This document shows, one piece after another, positions 15,922 through 25,512 of a stretch of 64,000 bases of DNA; positions within the stretch are counted from its first letter, which is position 1; each line of letters begins with the position of its first letter. The translations under genes and the position numbers were made by a program. The stretch comes from an uncultured Actinomycetes bacterium (GTDB taxonomy: Bacteria; Actinomycetota; Thermoleophilia; UBA2241). The stretch lies in the NCBI GenBank assembly GCA_963725665.1, contig CAVRZA010000001.1:384001-448000 (forward strand). Direction: 5' to 3'. The notes beneath the pieces were generated by a model. It saw only the letters and a list, made by a program, of their open reading frames with translations. It ran no database searches and was not told where the DNA came from.

Positions 15922-18840
15922 ATGAGTGCCGTCGCGCTGCCCGATCCGAGCCCGGCCGGCCTCGCCGCCGCGCGCGAGCTTGCGCGGCGCGTGGCCGGGA
16001 GCGTCGACTGGCGACCGCTGACGCGCTGGCTCTACTCCACGGACTCCTCCATCTACCGGGTAGTGCCCGACGCCGTGCTCGTCGCCCGCTCGGTCGACGA
16101 CCTGGCGCTGGCTGCGGCGACGGCCGCCAAGCACGGCGTGCCGCTGGTAGCTCGCGGCGCCGCCACGAGCACCGCGGGGCAGGCCATCGGCGCGGGCATC
16201 GTCATCGACTGCTTCCACCTCGATCGCATCCTCGCCATCGACCCCGAGCGGCGCGTGGCTCGCGTCGAGCCCGGCGTCGTGCAGGCCTCCCTCAACGCTG
16301 CGGCGGCGCGGCACGGTCTCGAGTTCGGCCCCGACACCTCGACCGTCGACCAGGCCACCATCGGCGGCATGGTCGGCAACAACTCGTCGGGCTCGCGCTC
16401 GGTCGTCTACGGCGAGACGGTCGACAAGACGCTGCGCCTGTGTGCGGTGCTGGCCGACGGCAGCGAGGCCACCTTCGGGCCGTGTGAGGGAGACGACCTC
16501 GCCACGGGCCTCGACGGCCCGCGGGCGACGGCGCTAGCCAAGGGGCTTGGCGCGATGCGCGCCCGCTCGCGGTCGCGCATCGCCTCCAGCTTCCCGGAGA
16601 CGCGCCGCCGCTGCTCCGGCTACAGCCTTGACCGCCTCATCGAGCCGCGCCCGAACCTGGCTCGCCTACTGGCCGGCTCTGAGGGGACGCTCGCGCTGTT
16701 CACGGAGATCGAGGTGGAGCTCGACCGCCTGCCGGCGCTGCGTCTGACGGCCGGCCTCTCGTTCCCCACGCTGCGAGCGGCGCTCGACGCGAACCTGCAG
16801 ATCATGACCACCGGTCCCTCGGCCGTGGAGCTCCTCGACCTGGGGCCGCTGCGCCGCGCCCCCATGTTGCGTGGCTACCGTTTGATCGCTCCCCTGCTGG
16901 AGAGCGACGACGAGGCGGTGCTCCTCGTCGAGTACCAGGGGAGCGAGGATGAGGCGCGCGCCGGCCTCGAGCGCCTGCGTTCCGTCGCGGGGGGTCTGGG
17001 AGCGCGCCTGGTCGTCTACTTCGCCGACCCGCGCGCGGTGGCCCAAGCCTGGGAGCTGCGGCGGGCCGTGCTGCCGCTCCTCATGGGTGCGCCCGGCCGG
17101 CGGCGCCCGGCCGGCTTCGTCGAGGACACCGCCGTGGCTCCCGAGAAGCTGGGCGACTTCCTCGACGACTTTCGCCACCTCCTCGCACGGCGCGGCGTCG
17201 AGGCCTCGTTCACCGGGCACGCCTCGGCGGGCTGTCTGCACGTCCGGCCGCTGCTCGACCTCAAGACGGCCGAGGGCGTCGGAGAGCTGGAGGGGATCGC
17301 GCACGCGGTGGGCAAGCTCGTCCTGGAGTATCACGGCTCCCTGTCGGGCGAGCACGGCGACGGCATCGCGCGCTCCTGGTTCAACCCGCAGCTCTTCGGC
17401 CCCGAGCTCTACGCGGAGATGGTCGCCCTCAAGGAGCTCTTCGACCCCGACCGGCTGCTGGCCCCGGGGCGCGTGGTGGAGGGATCGCGGCCGGCCGAGC
17501 ACCTGCGCCTCGGGCCCTCCTACCGGGCACGGGCGCCGTGGCAGCCGCGCCTCGACCACGGCGTCGACGGCGGCTTCGACCTCGCCGTCGAGAGATGCTT
17601 CGGCGCCGGCCTCTGCAAGAAGCTGTCGGGCACCATGTGCCCTCCTGCCGCCGTCACGCGTGACGAGTCTCTCTCCACCCGCGCGCGGGCCAACGTGCTG
17701 CAGGCCCTCCTCGCCGGTGCGTTGCCGGTCGACACGCTGACCAGTGACGAGGTGCGCGAGGTCCTGGGCACCTGTCTCGCCTGTAAGGCGTGCAAGAACG
17801 AGTGCCCGGCCGGGGTGGACATGGCCGCGCTCAAAGCAGAGTGGCTGGCGGAGGTGCGCAGGCGGGAGGGCGTTCCCTTGCTCGCCCGCGGCATCGCCGA
17901 CTTCAGGCTGCTGGCGCGGCTGGCGGCGCCGGTCGCGCCGCTGGTCTCGGCGCTGGGCGCGACCGGCGCCGCCCGCGCCGTGCTCGCTCGCGCCGGGGTG
18001 GCGCGTGAGCGGCCGCTGCCGGTGATCGCGCGGCGGCCGCTCACGCGCCGCGTGCCCGGTCTTCCCGACGGGGATCGCTCCCGTGCGCGCGGCCGTCGGC
18101 GCGTCTACGCGACGAGCCCGACGGCGGCCCCCGAGGTCGTGCTCATGGCCGATTGCTTCGTCGAGCACCAGGAACCCGAGATCGGCGAGGCCTTCGTCCG
18201 TCTGCTCGGGGCGGCCGGCGTGCCGGTCGCCGCCGTCGACGCCGGCTGCTGCGGTCGGACGATGTTGTCGGCGGGGCGGCTCGAGCGGGCGCGCGGTTCA
18301 GCGCGGCGCTGCGCCGCCCGGCTGGCGGAGCACGCCGGAGCAGGGCGCACCGTCGCCTTCGTCGAGCCGAGCTGCCTCTCCATGGCGGTCGACGACTGGG
18401 CGCGCCTTCTACCCGGCGACGGCGACGCCGCCGCCGTCGCCGCCGCGGCGCGCCCGGCGTTGTCGGTGATCGCCGACCTGGCGGCCGCCGGCCGCCTCAC
18501 CTTCGCGGCCGGCGGCCGCGCGCTGCTGCACGCGCACTGCCACGAGAAGGCGCTGTACGGCAGCGACGAGACCGAGCGCGCCCTGCGCGCCGTGCCCGGT
18601 CTGGACCTCGACGTGCTCGACGCCGGCTGCTGTGGCATGTCGGGGGTCTTCGGCTACGAGGCGGAGCACTACGAGCTGAGTGTCGCCATCGCCGAGGATA
18701 GGCTGCTCCCGGCGGTTCGCGCGGCGGGGCCGGAGGTCGCAGTGCTGGCAACCGGCACCTCGTGCCGGGCACAGATCGGCGACCTCGGGCCCCGCCGCGC
18801 CGAGCACCCACTCGTGTTCCTCGCACGGCGCCTGCGTTGA
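15922..18840 (+). CDS. FAD-linked / Fe-S oxidoreductase (GlcD-GlcF fusion, YdiJ / D-2-hydroxyacid dehydrogenase-like)
   Basis: ATIGGMVGNNSSG, GSEGTL, GEHGDG, CLACKACKNECP, two CCG motifs. Confidence 0.88.
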   Translation: MSAVALPDPSPAGLAAARELARRVAGSVDWRPLTRWLYSTDSSIYRVVPDAVLVARSVDDLALAAATAAKHGVPLVARGAATSTAGQAIGAGIVIDCFHLDRILAIDPERRVARVEPGVVQASLNAAAARHGLEFGPDTSTVDQATIGGMVGNNSSGSRSVVYGETVDKTLRLCAVLADGSEATFGPCEGDDLATGLDGPRATALAKGLGAMRARSRSRIASSFPETRRRCSGYSLDRLIEPRPNLARLLAGSEGTLALFTEIEVELDRLPALRLTAGLSFPTLRAALDANLQIMTTGPSAVELLDLGPLRRAPMLRGYRLIAPLLESDDEAVLLVEYQGSEDEARAGLERLRSVAGGLGARLVVYFADPRAVAQAWELRRAVLPLLMGAPGRRRPAGFVEDTAVAPEKLGDFLDDFRHLLARRGVEASFTGHASAGCLHVRPLLDLKTAEGVGELEGIAHAVGKLVLEYHGSLSGEHGDGIARSWFNPQLFGPELYAEMVALKELFDPDRLLAPGRVVEGSRPAEHLRLGPSYRARAPWQPRLDHGVDGGFDLAVERCFGAGLCKKLSGTMCPPAAVTRDESLSTRARANVLQALLAGALPVDTLTSDEVREVLGTCLACKACKNECPAGVDMAALKAEWLAEVRRREGVPLLARGIADFRLLARLAAPVAPLVSALGATGAARAVLARAGVARERPLPVIARRPLTRRVPGLPDGDRSRARGRRRVYATSPTAAPEVVLMADCFVEHQEPEIGEAFVRLLGAAGVPVAAVDAGCCGRTMLSAGRLERARGSARRCAARLAEHAGAGRTVAFVEPSCLSMAVDDWARLLPGDGDAAAVAAAARPALSVIADLAAAGRLTFAAGGRALLHAHCHEKALYGSDETERALRAVPGLDLDVLDAGCCGMSGVFGYEAEHYELSVAIAEDRLLPAVRAAGPEVAVLATGTSCRAQIGDLGPRRAEHPLVFLARRLR

Positions 18841-19305
18841 CGCGACTCGCAGCTTGCCGTCGCGTGCGCTCCCGATTCGTCCTCGACCCGCCGATACTCG
18901 ACCCGCCTACCCCCGATGCGCCACCCACGCGCCGATCGAGACCAGGGGGCTCCGAGGAGTGTAGTGTTCCGGGACGTTGTGCAGGAGCGATCCGAGATCA
19001 GGCTAGGACCGTCGTCGTCCACGTAGGGTTGCCCTGGGCCTTGACACGACTCGAGCACCACGAATCCGCCGGCGCCGTTGAATCCGCGGCGAAGAGGCGT
19101 CAACAGGGCAAGTGATCGCCCACTGGTCGCCCGCCAACCTGCCTGCGCGAGGACTACCGGGATCGTCGACCGTCCGGCCGACCGAAACGCCCGGCGATGC
19201 TACGACGCCCGCGAGCTTGACGGATGTAGCCGTCGGCGAGAGCGTGTTGGATGCTTGCCTTTCATGCTTGCTGTGGGCGCACGGCGGACGATGGAGGCCA
19301 TGACC

Positions 19306-20580
19306 ATGAGTGGCAAAGAGATTCGGCTTGGCAAGTACTCACTCGGTGTGGGCGACCGTTTTGGCCATCAGGGCTGTGCGCAGCTGCGCGCCTTTCAGGA
19401 CGCGGCTGCGCACGGCGTGGATGTGGTTCCCTCCTGGAACAAGTCGAACCGTGAGCACGAGACTCTTCGATCGGGACCGGTGAGTGTGCGCAGGGAGGCC
19501 GACGACGCCGTACGCGTCATGGGGTGGGGTGGGCCGTACTTCGTGGACGCCGACCACATCGATCTGGAGACTGTGGACCGCTATCTCGCGCCGTGCGATT
19601 TCTTCACTCTGGATGTGGCGCGCTTGATCGGACGTCGGCCGGAGGCCGGCGCTGTGGGTGCCTTCTTGGCCAGACACGGCGACCTAATGACCGGCATCAC
19701 GATACCAGGCCTCGCCGACCCCGTGCGCATGACGATGGAATTGGCAGCATGGGCCGCATCTCAGTACCTGGCGGCCGTCGCCGAGGCCGGGCGCATATAC
19801 CGTCACGTGGAAGCCGCGAAGGGCGCGGGGACGTTCGTCACCGAGGTGTCGTTGGACGAGACGGAGACACCGCAGAAACCAGCCGAGCTGCTGCTCATCC
19901 TGGCTGCGATCGCCGACGAAGGCATCCCGATACAGACGATCGCGCCGAGGTTTGGCGGACGCTTCAACAAAGGAGTCGACTACGTGGGCGACGCCGCCGC
20001 ATTCGAGGCAGAATTCGCAGACGATGTCGCCGTGGTCACTCACGCCGCCTCAGCCTACGGACTGCCCGAGAACCTCAAACTCAGCGTGCACTCCGGCAGC
20101 GACAAGTTCTCGATCTTCCCGGCCATCCGCCGCGTGCTCAGGAGGTCGGGCGCGGGCGTGCACGTCAAGACGGCTGGCACTACGTGGCTCGAGGAGATCA
20201 TCGGACTTGCGGAGGCGGGCGACGAGGGGCTTGCACTGGCGAAGGACGTCTATGCCGCTGCCCTTGACCGCCGGGAGGAACTCTGCGCCGGCTATGCCAC
20301 CGTCATCGACATCGATCCCGCGCGGCTGCCGTCCCAAAGCGAGGTTCGGTCTTGGAGCTCAGAGCAGTTCGTCGCGGCAGTTCGGCACGACGAGGCCGAT
20401 CCCGCCTACAATGCGAACGTACGTCAACTTCTGCATGTCGGCTACAAGATCGCTGCTTCTATGGGTTCTCGATACACGGATCTGCTCGAGTCTTCCGAAG
20501 ATTCCATTGCGAGGAACGTGACCCAGAACCTCTACGAGCGGCATATAGTGCCACTGTTCTTGCGGGCACAAGCGCCCTGA
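19306..20580 (+). CDS. uxaE: Tagaturonate/fructuronate epimerase
   Basis: LGVGDRF, WNKSNREH, FVDADHI, FNKGVDYVGD, KLSVHSGSDKF, HVKTAGTTWLEE. Confidence 0.88.
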   Translation: MSGKEIRLGKYSLGVGDRFGHQGCAQLRAFQDAAAHGVDVVPSWNKSNREHETLRSGPVSVRREADDAVRVMGWGGPYFVDADHIDLETVDRYLAPCDFFTLDVARLIGRRPEAGAVGAFLARHGDLMTGITIPGLADPVRMTMELAAWAASQYLAAVAEAGRIYRHVEAAKGAGTFVTEVSLDETETPQKPAELLLILAAIADEGIPIQTIAPRFGGRFNKGVDYVGDAAAFEAEFADDVAVVTHAASAYGLPENLKLSVHSGSDKFSIFPAIRRVLRRSGAGVHVKTAGTTWLEEIIGLAEAGDEGLALAKDVYAAALDRREELCAGYATVIDIDPARLPSQSEVRSWSSEQFVAAVRHDEADPAYNANVRQLLHVGYKIAASMGSRYTDLLESSEDSIARNVTQNLYERHIVPLFLRAQAP

Positions 20581-20590
20581 AGAGACAGCA

Positions 20591-20752
20591 CAGCCTGCTC
20601 ATTGCCGACGGCAGCGGTTGCTCGAAGGCCACGAGGGTCGGTTGCCAGTGGTGCGCCGCGGCGCTGGCATCGCAGACGCACAGATCGGCGAGCGCCGCGA
20701 GCTTGCGCACGACCGGTGTCTCGGCCCGATCTCCGGGTGAGAGCTCGAGCTT
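20591..20752 (-). pseudogene. pgk: Phosphoglycerate kinase fragment (degraded)
   Basis: Translation KLELSPGDRAETPVVRKLAALADLCVCDASAAAHHWQPTLVAFEQPLPSAMSRL resembles the PGK segment 'LADxYVNDAFAAAHRSQPSLVGF...LPSAMGRL'; recognised by eye only. Confidence 0.5.
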
Positions 20753-21138
20753 GTTCAGATACTGTACGGCGGCGGGGCGCAGACGTCCGACCTGCACGGG
20801 GCCAACCCTCAGCAGATCGTGCCGCCGGGCTGCGACCCTGAGCGACGAAGCCGAGTCCACCGCACTAGGCCTCGGTCGCGACGAACTGCAGCAGTCTTGG
20901 CAGGGCGGCGCCTGCGTGCGCAAAGGAGTCGAGAGCTCTCCCGGCGAATGTCGCCCCGGAGGATGCGATACGTCACCCGGCGACGCAACGAGGCATCGGA
21001 CAGCCGCCGTGGCCGCCGAAGTCCGGGGCCAAGGAGAGGCGTGTCGCGCGGCGCTTGAGGGTGGCGAAGCGGGCGAATAGACTGTATGCAGCCGCGGGCG
21101 AACGGTCCCTCGGGACGCACGACTCGCGGCAGGAATCG

Positions 21139-21405
21139 ATGGCTGAAGCGGCATCAGAGCGCAAGAGGCGGGTGGCGAGCGAGCTCGCTATCGACCTCGA
21201 CCTCTGCAAGGCCTGCGGTATCTGCCTCGCCCTCTGTCCCCGCGATGTCTTCGACGCCGACGAGCGCGGCTACCCCGTCGTCGCGCGTCTCGAGGCCTGC
21301 ACCGTCTGTCGCATCTGCGAGTACCACTGCCCCGACTTCGCCATCTCGATCTCGTGGAGGGAGGAGCGGCGGCGCGTCACTGCGGACGACGCCGCGCGCG
21401 GGTGA
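21139..21405 (+). CDS. korD: 2-oxoacid:ferredoxin oxidoreductase delta subunit (2x[4Fe-4S])
   Basis: CKACGICLALCP and CTVCRICEYHCPDFAI. Confidence 0.85.
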   Translation: MAEAASERKRRVASELAIDLDLCKACGICLALCPRDVFDADERGYPVVARLEACTVCRICEYHCPDFAISISWREERRRVTADDAARG

Positions 21406-22559
21406 TGCCGCAGCCGCGCCGCCTGGTGCAGGGCAACGAAGCGGTCGCCGAGGGGGCCATCGCCGCCGGCGCCCGCTTCTTCGCCGGCTACCCCATCACG
21501 CCCTCGACCGAGATCGCCGAGGTCCTCGCCCGCCGCCTGCCCGCAGTGGGCGGCCACTTCATCCAGATGGAGGACGAGATCGGCTCCATCGCGGCCGTCA
21601 TCGGCGCCTCGCTCGCCGGCACGAAGGCGCTCACCGCGACCTCGGGGCCGGGCTTCTCGCTCATGCAGGAGAGCATCGGTTACGCCGCCATGGCGCAGGT
21701 CCCCTGTGTCATCGTCGACGTCATGCGCGGCGGCCCCTCCACGGGGCTGCCTACGGAGCCCTCGCAGGGAGACGTCATGCAGGCGAGGTGGGGCACCCAC
21801 GGCGAGCACTCCATCATCGCCCTCGTGCCCAGCTCGGTGGCCGAGTGCTTCTCGCTCACCGTCGAAGCCTTCAACCTGGCCGAGCGCTTCCGCAGCCCAG
21901 TCATCATCCTCTCCGACGCCACCGTCGGCCACATGAGAGAGGCGGTGGAGCTGCCGTTGCCGGGTGAGATCATCGTGGTCGACAGGCCCGAGCCCCAGTG
22001 CGCGCCCGACGACGCGGCCTGCCGGATCCCTTCGGACGACGGCATCTACCCTCTCCCGGCGCTCGGCTCGCCGTACAAGCTTCACGTGACGGGCCTCGTC
22101 TACAACCTGGAGAGCGGCGCGCCGAACACGGGTGACGCGCGCGTGGCCCGAGACCTCGGTACCTACATGCGCGAGAAGATCTACCACCACCGCGACGACA
22201 TCGAGCGCGTCGAGGAGCTCGAGATGGAGGACGCCGAGGTGGCGCTCTTCGCCTACGGCTCCGTGGCGCGCTCGGCCAAGGCGGCATTGCGCTGGGGCCG
22301 GCGCCAGGGGGTCAAGGTCGGCCTCGTGCGTCCCATCACGCTGTGGCCCTTCCCCACGGCGGCCGTCGAGCACATGGCCGAGCAGGTGCGCACGGTCATC
22401 GTCCCCGAGATGAACTTAAGACAGATGGCCTGGGAGGTGCAGGCCGCGGTCAAGGGCCGCGCCAAGGTGGTCGACTACGGCCGCGTCGACGGCAAGCTGA
22501 TCCGCCCCGAAGAGATCCAGGACTCTCATCGAGAAGGAGTTCCACTATCACCGCTTTAG
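21405..22559 (+). CDS. korA: 2-oxoacid:ferredoxin oxidoreductase alpha subunit
   Basis: GNEA, FAGYPITPSTE, QMEDEI, TATSGPGFSLMQE, RGGPSTG. Confidence 0.92.
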   Translation: MPQPRRLVQGNEAVAEGAIAAGARFFAGYPITPSTEIAEVLARRLPAVGGHFIQMEDEIGSIAAVIGASLAGTKALTATSGPGFSLMQESIGYAAMAQVPCVIVDVMRGGPSTGLPTEPSQGDVMQARWGTHGEHSIIALVPSSVAECFSLTVEAFNLAERFRSPVIILSDATVGHMREAVELPLPGEIIVVDRPEPQCAPDDAACRIPSDDGIYPLPALGSPYKLHVTGLVYNLESGAPNTGDARVARDLGTYMREKIYHHRDDIERVEELEMEDAEVALFAYGSVARSAKAALRWGRRQGVKVGLVRPITLWPFPTAAVEHMAEQVRTVIVPEMNLRQMAWEVQAAVKGRAKVVDYGRVDGKLIRPEEIQDSHREGVPLSPL

Positions 22560-23428
22560 TTGACGAAGAGCTCCTAGAGGCGCCGCCGCCCAAGGAGTGC
22601 GCGCCGCCGAAGGTCGTGCCCCACGCGACGTCCGAGATCAGGGCGCACCTGCGCTCCGCCACGACTCTCTGGTGCGCGGGGTGCTCGAACGGCATCGTCA
22701 CGCGCGCCATCATCGACGCCATCCTCGGTCTTAGGCTCGACAGCGAGAAGCTCGCGCTCATCGCCGGCATCGGCTGCGCCGGGCGCATCACCTCCTATCT
22801 CGACTACTCCACCGTGCACACGGCCCACGGCCGGGCGCTCGCGGTCGCGACTGGCGCCAAGGCCGCCGACCCCAGCCTGCAGATCGTCGTCGTCATGGGC
22901 GACGGCGACTGCGTGGCCATCGGCGGCAACCATCTCATCCACGCCGCGCGGCGCAACATCGATCTCACGGCGATCGTGTTCAACAACTCGATCTACGGCA
23001 TGACCGGCGGCCAGATGAGCCCCACGACCTTCGAGGGCGACCTCTCCACGACGAGTCCCTACGGCAACATCGAGCAGGCCTTCGATATCTGCGAACTGGC
23101 CCGTTCCGCGGGGGCGACCTACGTCGCCCGCGGCACCTCCTGGGCCTACCCGCAGCTGGTCGGCCTGATCGCCGGCGGCCTGGTACACAAGGGCTTCTCC
23201 TTCATCGAGGCGATGGTCGCCTGCCCCACCTACTACGGACGCCAGAACCAGGGCGCCGACCCGGCCGAGATGCTGCGCCGGCAGCGTGACCGCTCGGTGC
23301 CCGTGGCGACCTACAAGCCCGGACATCCTCGTCACCAGGACCGCTACCCCGTCGGCGTGCTCCACCACGCCGAGCGCGAGGAGTACACCGAGGCCTACGC
23401 GGAGGTCCAGCGGCGTGCCCGCTCCTGA
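22547..23428 (+). CDS. korB: 2-oxoacid:ferredoxin oxidoreductase beta subunit (TPP-binding); start uncertain (ATC 22547 or GTG 22616)
   Basis: WCAGC, GIGC, HGRA, GDGD...NN, YGMTGGQ. Confidence 0.9.
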   Translation: MTALVDEELLEAPPPKECAPPKVVPHATSEIRAHLRSATTLWCAGCSNGIVTRAIIDAILGLRLDSEKLALIAGIGCAGRITSYLDYSTVHTAHGRALAVATGAKAADPSLQIVVVMGDGDCVAIGGNHLIHAARRNIDLTAIVFNNSIYGMTGGQMSPTTFEGDLSTTSPYGNIEQAFDICELARSAGATYVARGTSWAYPQLVGLIAGGLVHKGFSFIEAMVACPTYYGRQNQGADPAEMLRRQRDRSVPVATYKPGHPRHQDRYPVGVLHHAEREEYTEAYAEVQRRARS

Positions 23429-24008
23429 CCAAGACGGGAAGGGCAGCGCGGTCGACCGCGGTGCTCGCTACGAGATCCGCCTCTCGGGCTCGGGCGGACA
23501 GGGCCTCATCCTCGCCGCCACGGTGCTCGCCGACGCCGTGGTCGCCTCGGGCAAGGAGGTCCTGCAGACGCAGAGCTACGGTCCCGAGGCGCGTGGGGGA
23601 GCCTCCAAGGCCGAGATCATCGTCTCCGACTCCGAGATCGACTTCCCCGAGGTCACCGCGCCCGATGTGACCCTCTGCCTCTCGCAGGAGGCCTTCGACA
23701 GCTACGCGGCCGAGACGAAGCCGGGCGGCGTGGTCGTGTACGACGAGGGACTTGTCGCTCCCCGGCCGCTCGAAGGGGTGCGCCTCTTCGGCCTGGCCTT
23801 CACCGACCTTGCCGAGCAGAAGCTCGGCAAGGTCGTGGCGGCCAACACGATCGCCCTGGGCGCGTTGCTTGAGGCGACCGGGCTGATGCCCGTCGAGCAG
23901 GTGCGCGACTCCCTGGAGCGGCTCCTGCCGGCGCGCTTCCTCGAGCTCAATCTCCGAGCGCTCGCGCTCGGCGTCGCCGCGTGCGAGCGCGGCGCAGCTT
24001 CCCCGTGA
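23415..24008 (+). CDS. korC: 2-oxoacid:ferredoxin oxidoreductase gamma subunit
   Basis: GSGGQG and SYGPEARGGAS; GGAGG RBS 9 nt before the GTG. Confidence 0.9.
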   Translation: MPAPDQDGKGSAVDRGARYEIRLSGSGGQGLILAATVLADAVVASGKEVLQTQSYGPEARGGASKAEIIVSDSEIDFPEVTAPDVTLCLSQEAFDSYAAETKPGGVVVYDEGLVAPRPLEGVRLFGLAFTDLAEQKLGKVVAANTIALGALLEATGLMPVEQVRDSLERLLPARFLELNLRALALGVAACERGAASP

Positions 24009-24184
24009 ACGTCGTCATCATCGTCACGGGCATCATCGGCCTGGCGGTAGCGGCCTACGCCCTCATCGACCTCGCCATGGCGGCCGGTCCGCGGCGCCGC
24101 CTCCTCGACGTCGCACTCGTCATCGCCGCCGCGGCGGCCACCATCGCGGCGCTCCTCACCTGGGGCGACCGGCTGCTGCAGTAG
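24005..24184 (+). CDS. Small two-TM membrane protein, unknown function
   Basis: GTGA overlap with the korC stop; two hydrophobic segments; host-like codon usage. Confidence 0.6.
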   Translation: MNVVIIVTGIIGLAVAAYALIDLAMAAGPRRRLLDVALVIAAAAATIAALLTWGDRLLQ

Positions 24185-24317
24185 TCGCTTCCTCCTAAGG
24201 CGAACGTCCCGCTCTGCCGATACCAGGCCTGTGCCTCCCGCCTGGCGAGCGGGCACGCGGGTATGTCCTGCCCGGCGGGTGGGTTCCCGGGACGATGTTG
24301 GGCGAAGAAGCGAGAGT

Positions 24318-24908
24318 ATGGGAAAGCGCAGGATACTGGTCGTCGACGACAACCCCGACGTCCTCCGCCTCGTCGACGAGGCGCTGACAATGGCCGGCTA
24401 CGAGGTGACGACCGCGGCGTGTGGAGCGGAGGGGGTGAGCAGGGGCGGCATGTGCCTGCCCGATCTCGTCCTGCTCGACATCATGATGCCCGACGCCGAT
24501 GGCTACACGGTTTACGAGCGGCTGCGGGCCAAGCCGACGCCGGGGCTCAACTGCCCCATCATCTTCTTGACGGCCCACAAAGACATCGACCACAAGCTGC
24601 TGGGCTTCCAGAAGGGAGCCGTCGACTACATCACCAAGCCCTTCCACGTCAGGGAGCTGCTCGCTCGCGTGAAGGTGCACCTGCACGAAGTGGAGCCGCC
24701 CTCCGGCGACGTCCCCAACCCGCTGACCGACCGCGAGCGGGAGGTCGTGGCTCTGCTCGCGGGGGGCAAGACCTACAAGCAGGTCGCGCGTGCGCTACGT
24801 CTGTCGCAGAGCACGGTGCGCAATCACCTGCACAACGTCTACCACAAGCTCGACGTGGTCGACCGTGCGCAGGCGGTCATCGTGAGTCGCGACAACGGGT
24901 GGATCTAG
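24318..24908 (+). CDS. Response regulator (REC + LuxR-type HTH)
   Basis: ILVVDD, LLDIMMP, FLTA, KPF; LTDRERE...TVRNHLHNVYHKL. Confidence 0.92.
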   Translation: MGKRRILVVDDNPDVLRLVDEALTMAGYEVTTAACGAEGVSRGGMCLPDLVLLDIMMPDADGYTVYERLRAKPTPGLNCPIIFLTAHKDIDHKLLGFQKGAVDYITKPFHVRELLARVKVHLHEVEPPSGDVPNPLTDREREVVALLAGGKTYKQVARALRLSQSTVRNHLHNVYHKLDVVDRAQAVIVSRDNGWI

Positions 24909-24988
24909 GCGGACGTCGCCGCGGGGCGGCTAGTGCCGGGTGAGGCTGCAGCAGGCTCCGGTCGACCCGAGCGGCGCGCCGTCGACTC

Positions 24989-25252
24989 TCAGGATGCCGA
25001 GAAAGGCCGCTGAGTCTCGAAGGGCATCTCGGGCAGCACCCAGTCGCCGACCGCGCGCCGACGATCGCTGCGGCGACGCTCGGGTAGCACGGCCTGCTCG
25101 ATCGCGCGGCGCTCACCCCAGCGCCGGTCGACGAGGATGGTCACATCGGAGCGACCCGCGTAGCGCCGGCAGAGACGGTCGTAGAAGAATTCCTCCAGAC
25201 CTCTCGGGATGATGATCACTTTCTTCCTCCCGGCCGCTGCCGACTCGCGCAT
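24989..25252 (-). CDS. Small protein with D/E-R-R repeats
   Basis: VDRRWGERR...ERRRSDRRR; GGAGG before the ATG. Confidence 0.6.
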   Translation of the reverse strand: MRESAAAGRKKVIIIPRGLEEFFYDRLCRRYAGRSDVTILVDRRWGERRAIEQAVLPERRRSDRRRAVGDWVLPEMPFETQRPFSAS

Positions 25253-25512
25253 GGTCACCTCCTGGGACTCTTGCCTGGCCATGTAGTTCGCGCCGACCGC
25301 CGGCCTCTCCTGCCGCGCGGTGTCCCAGCGACGATGATATCCCCCCGGCCTGGAGCACGTGGAGGACCGCGGGTGACCACGTGGTGTCTGGGCAGGCTAC
25401 AGGCGTCGCCGATTGACGCGGCTGACGCAAGCGGGGCTGCGTGCTCGAAATTCGCGGTGCTAGCGGAAGCGCGCCCGAGTACAATGTGAAAGCCAGCGAC
25501 CTTGGAGCCCCA

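Noticed and set aside
18882-18907. Short direct repeat CTCGACCCGCC x2
   Set aside because: Only two GC-rich copies with no supporting context.
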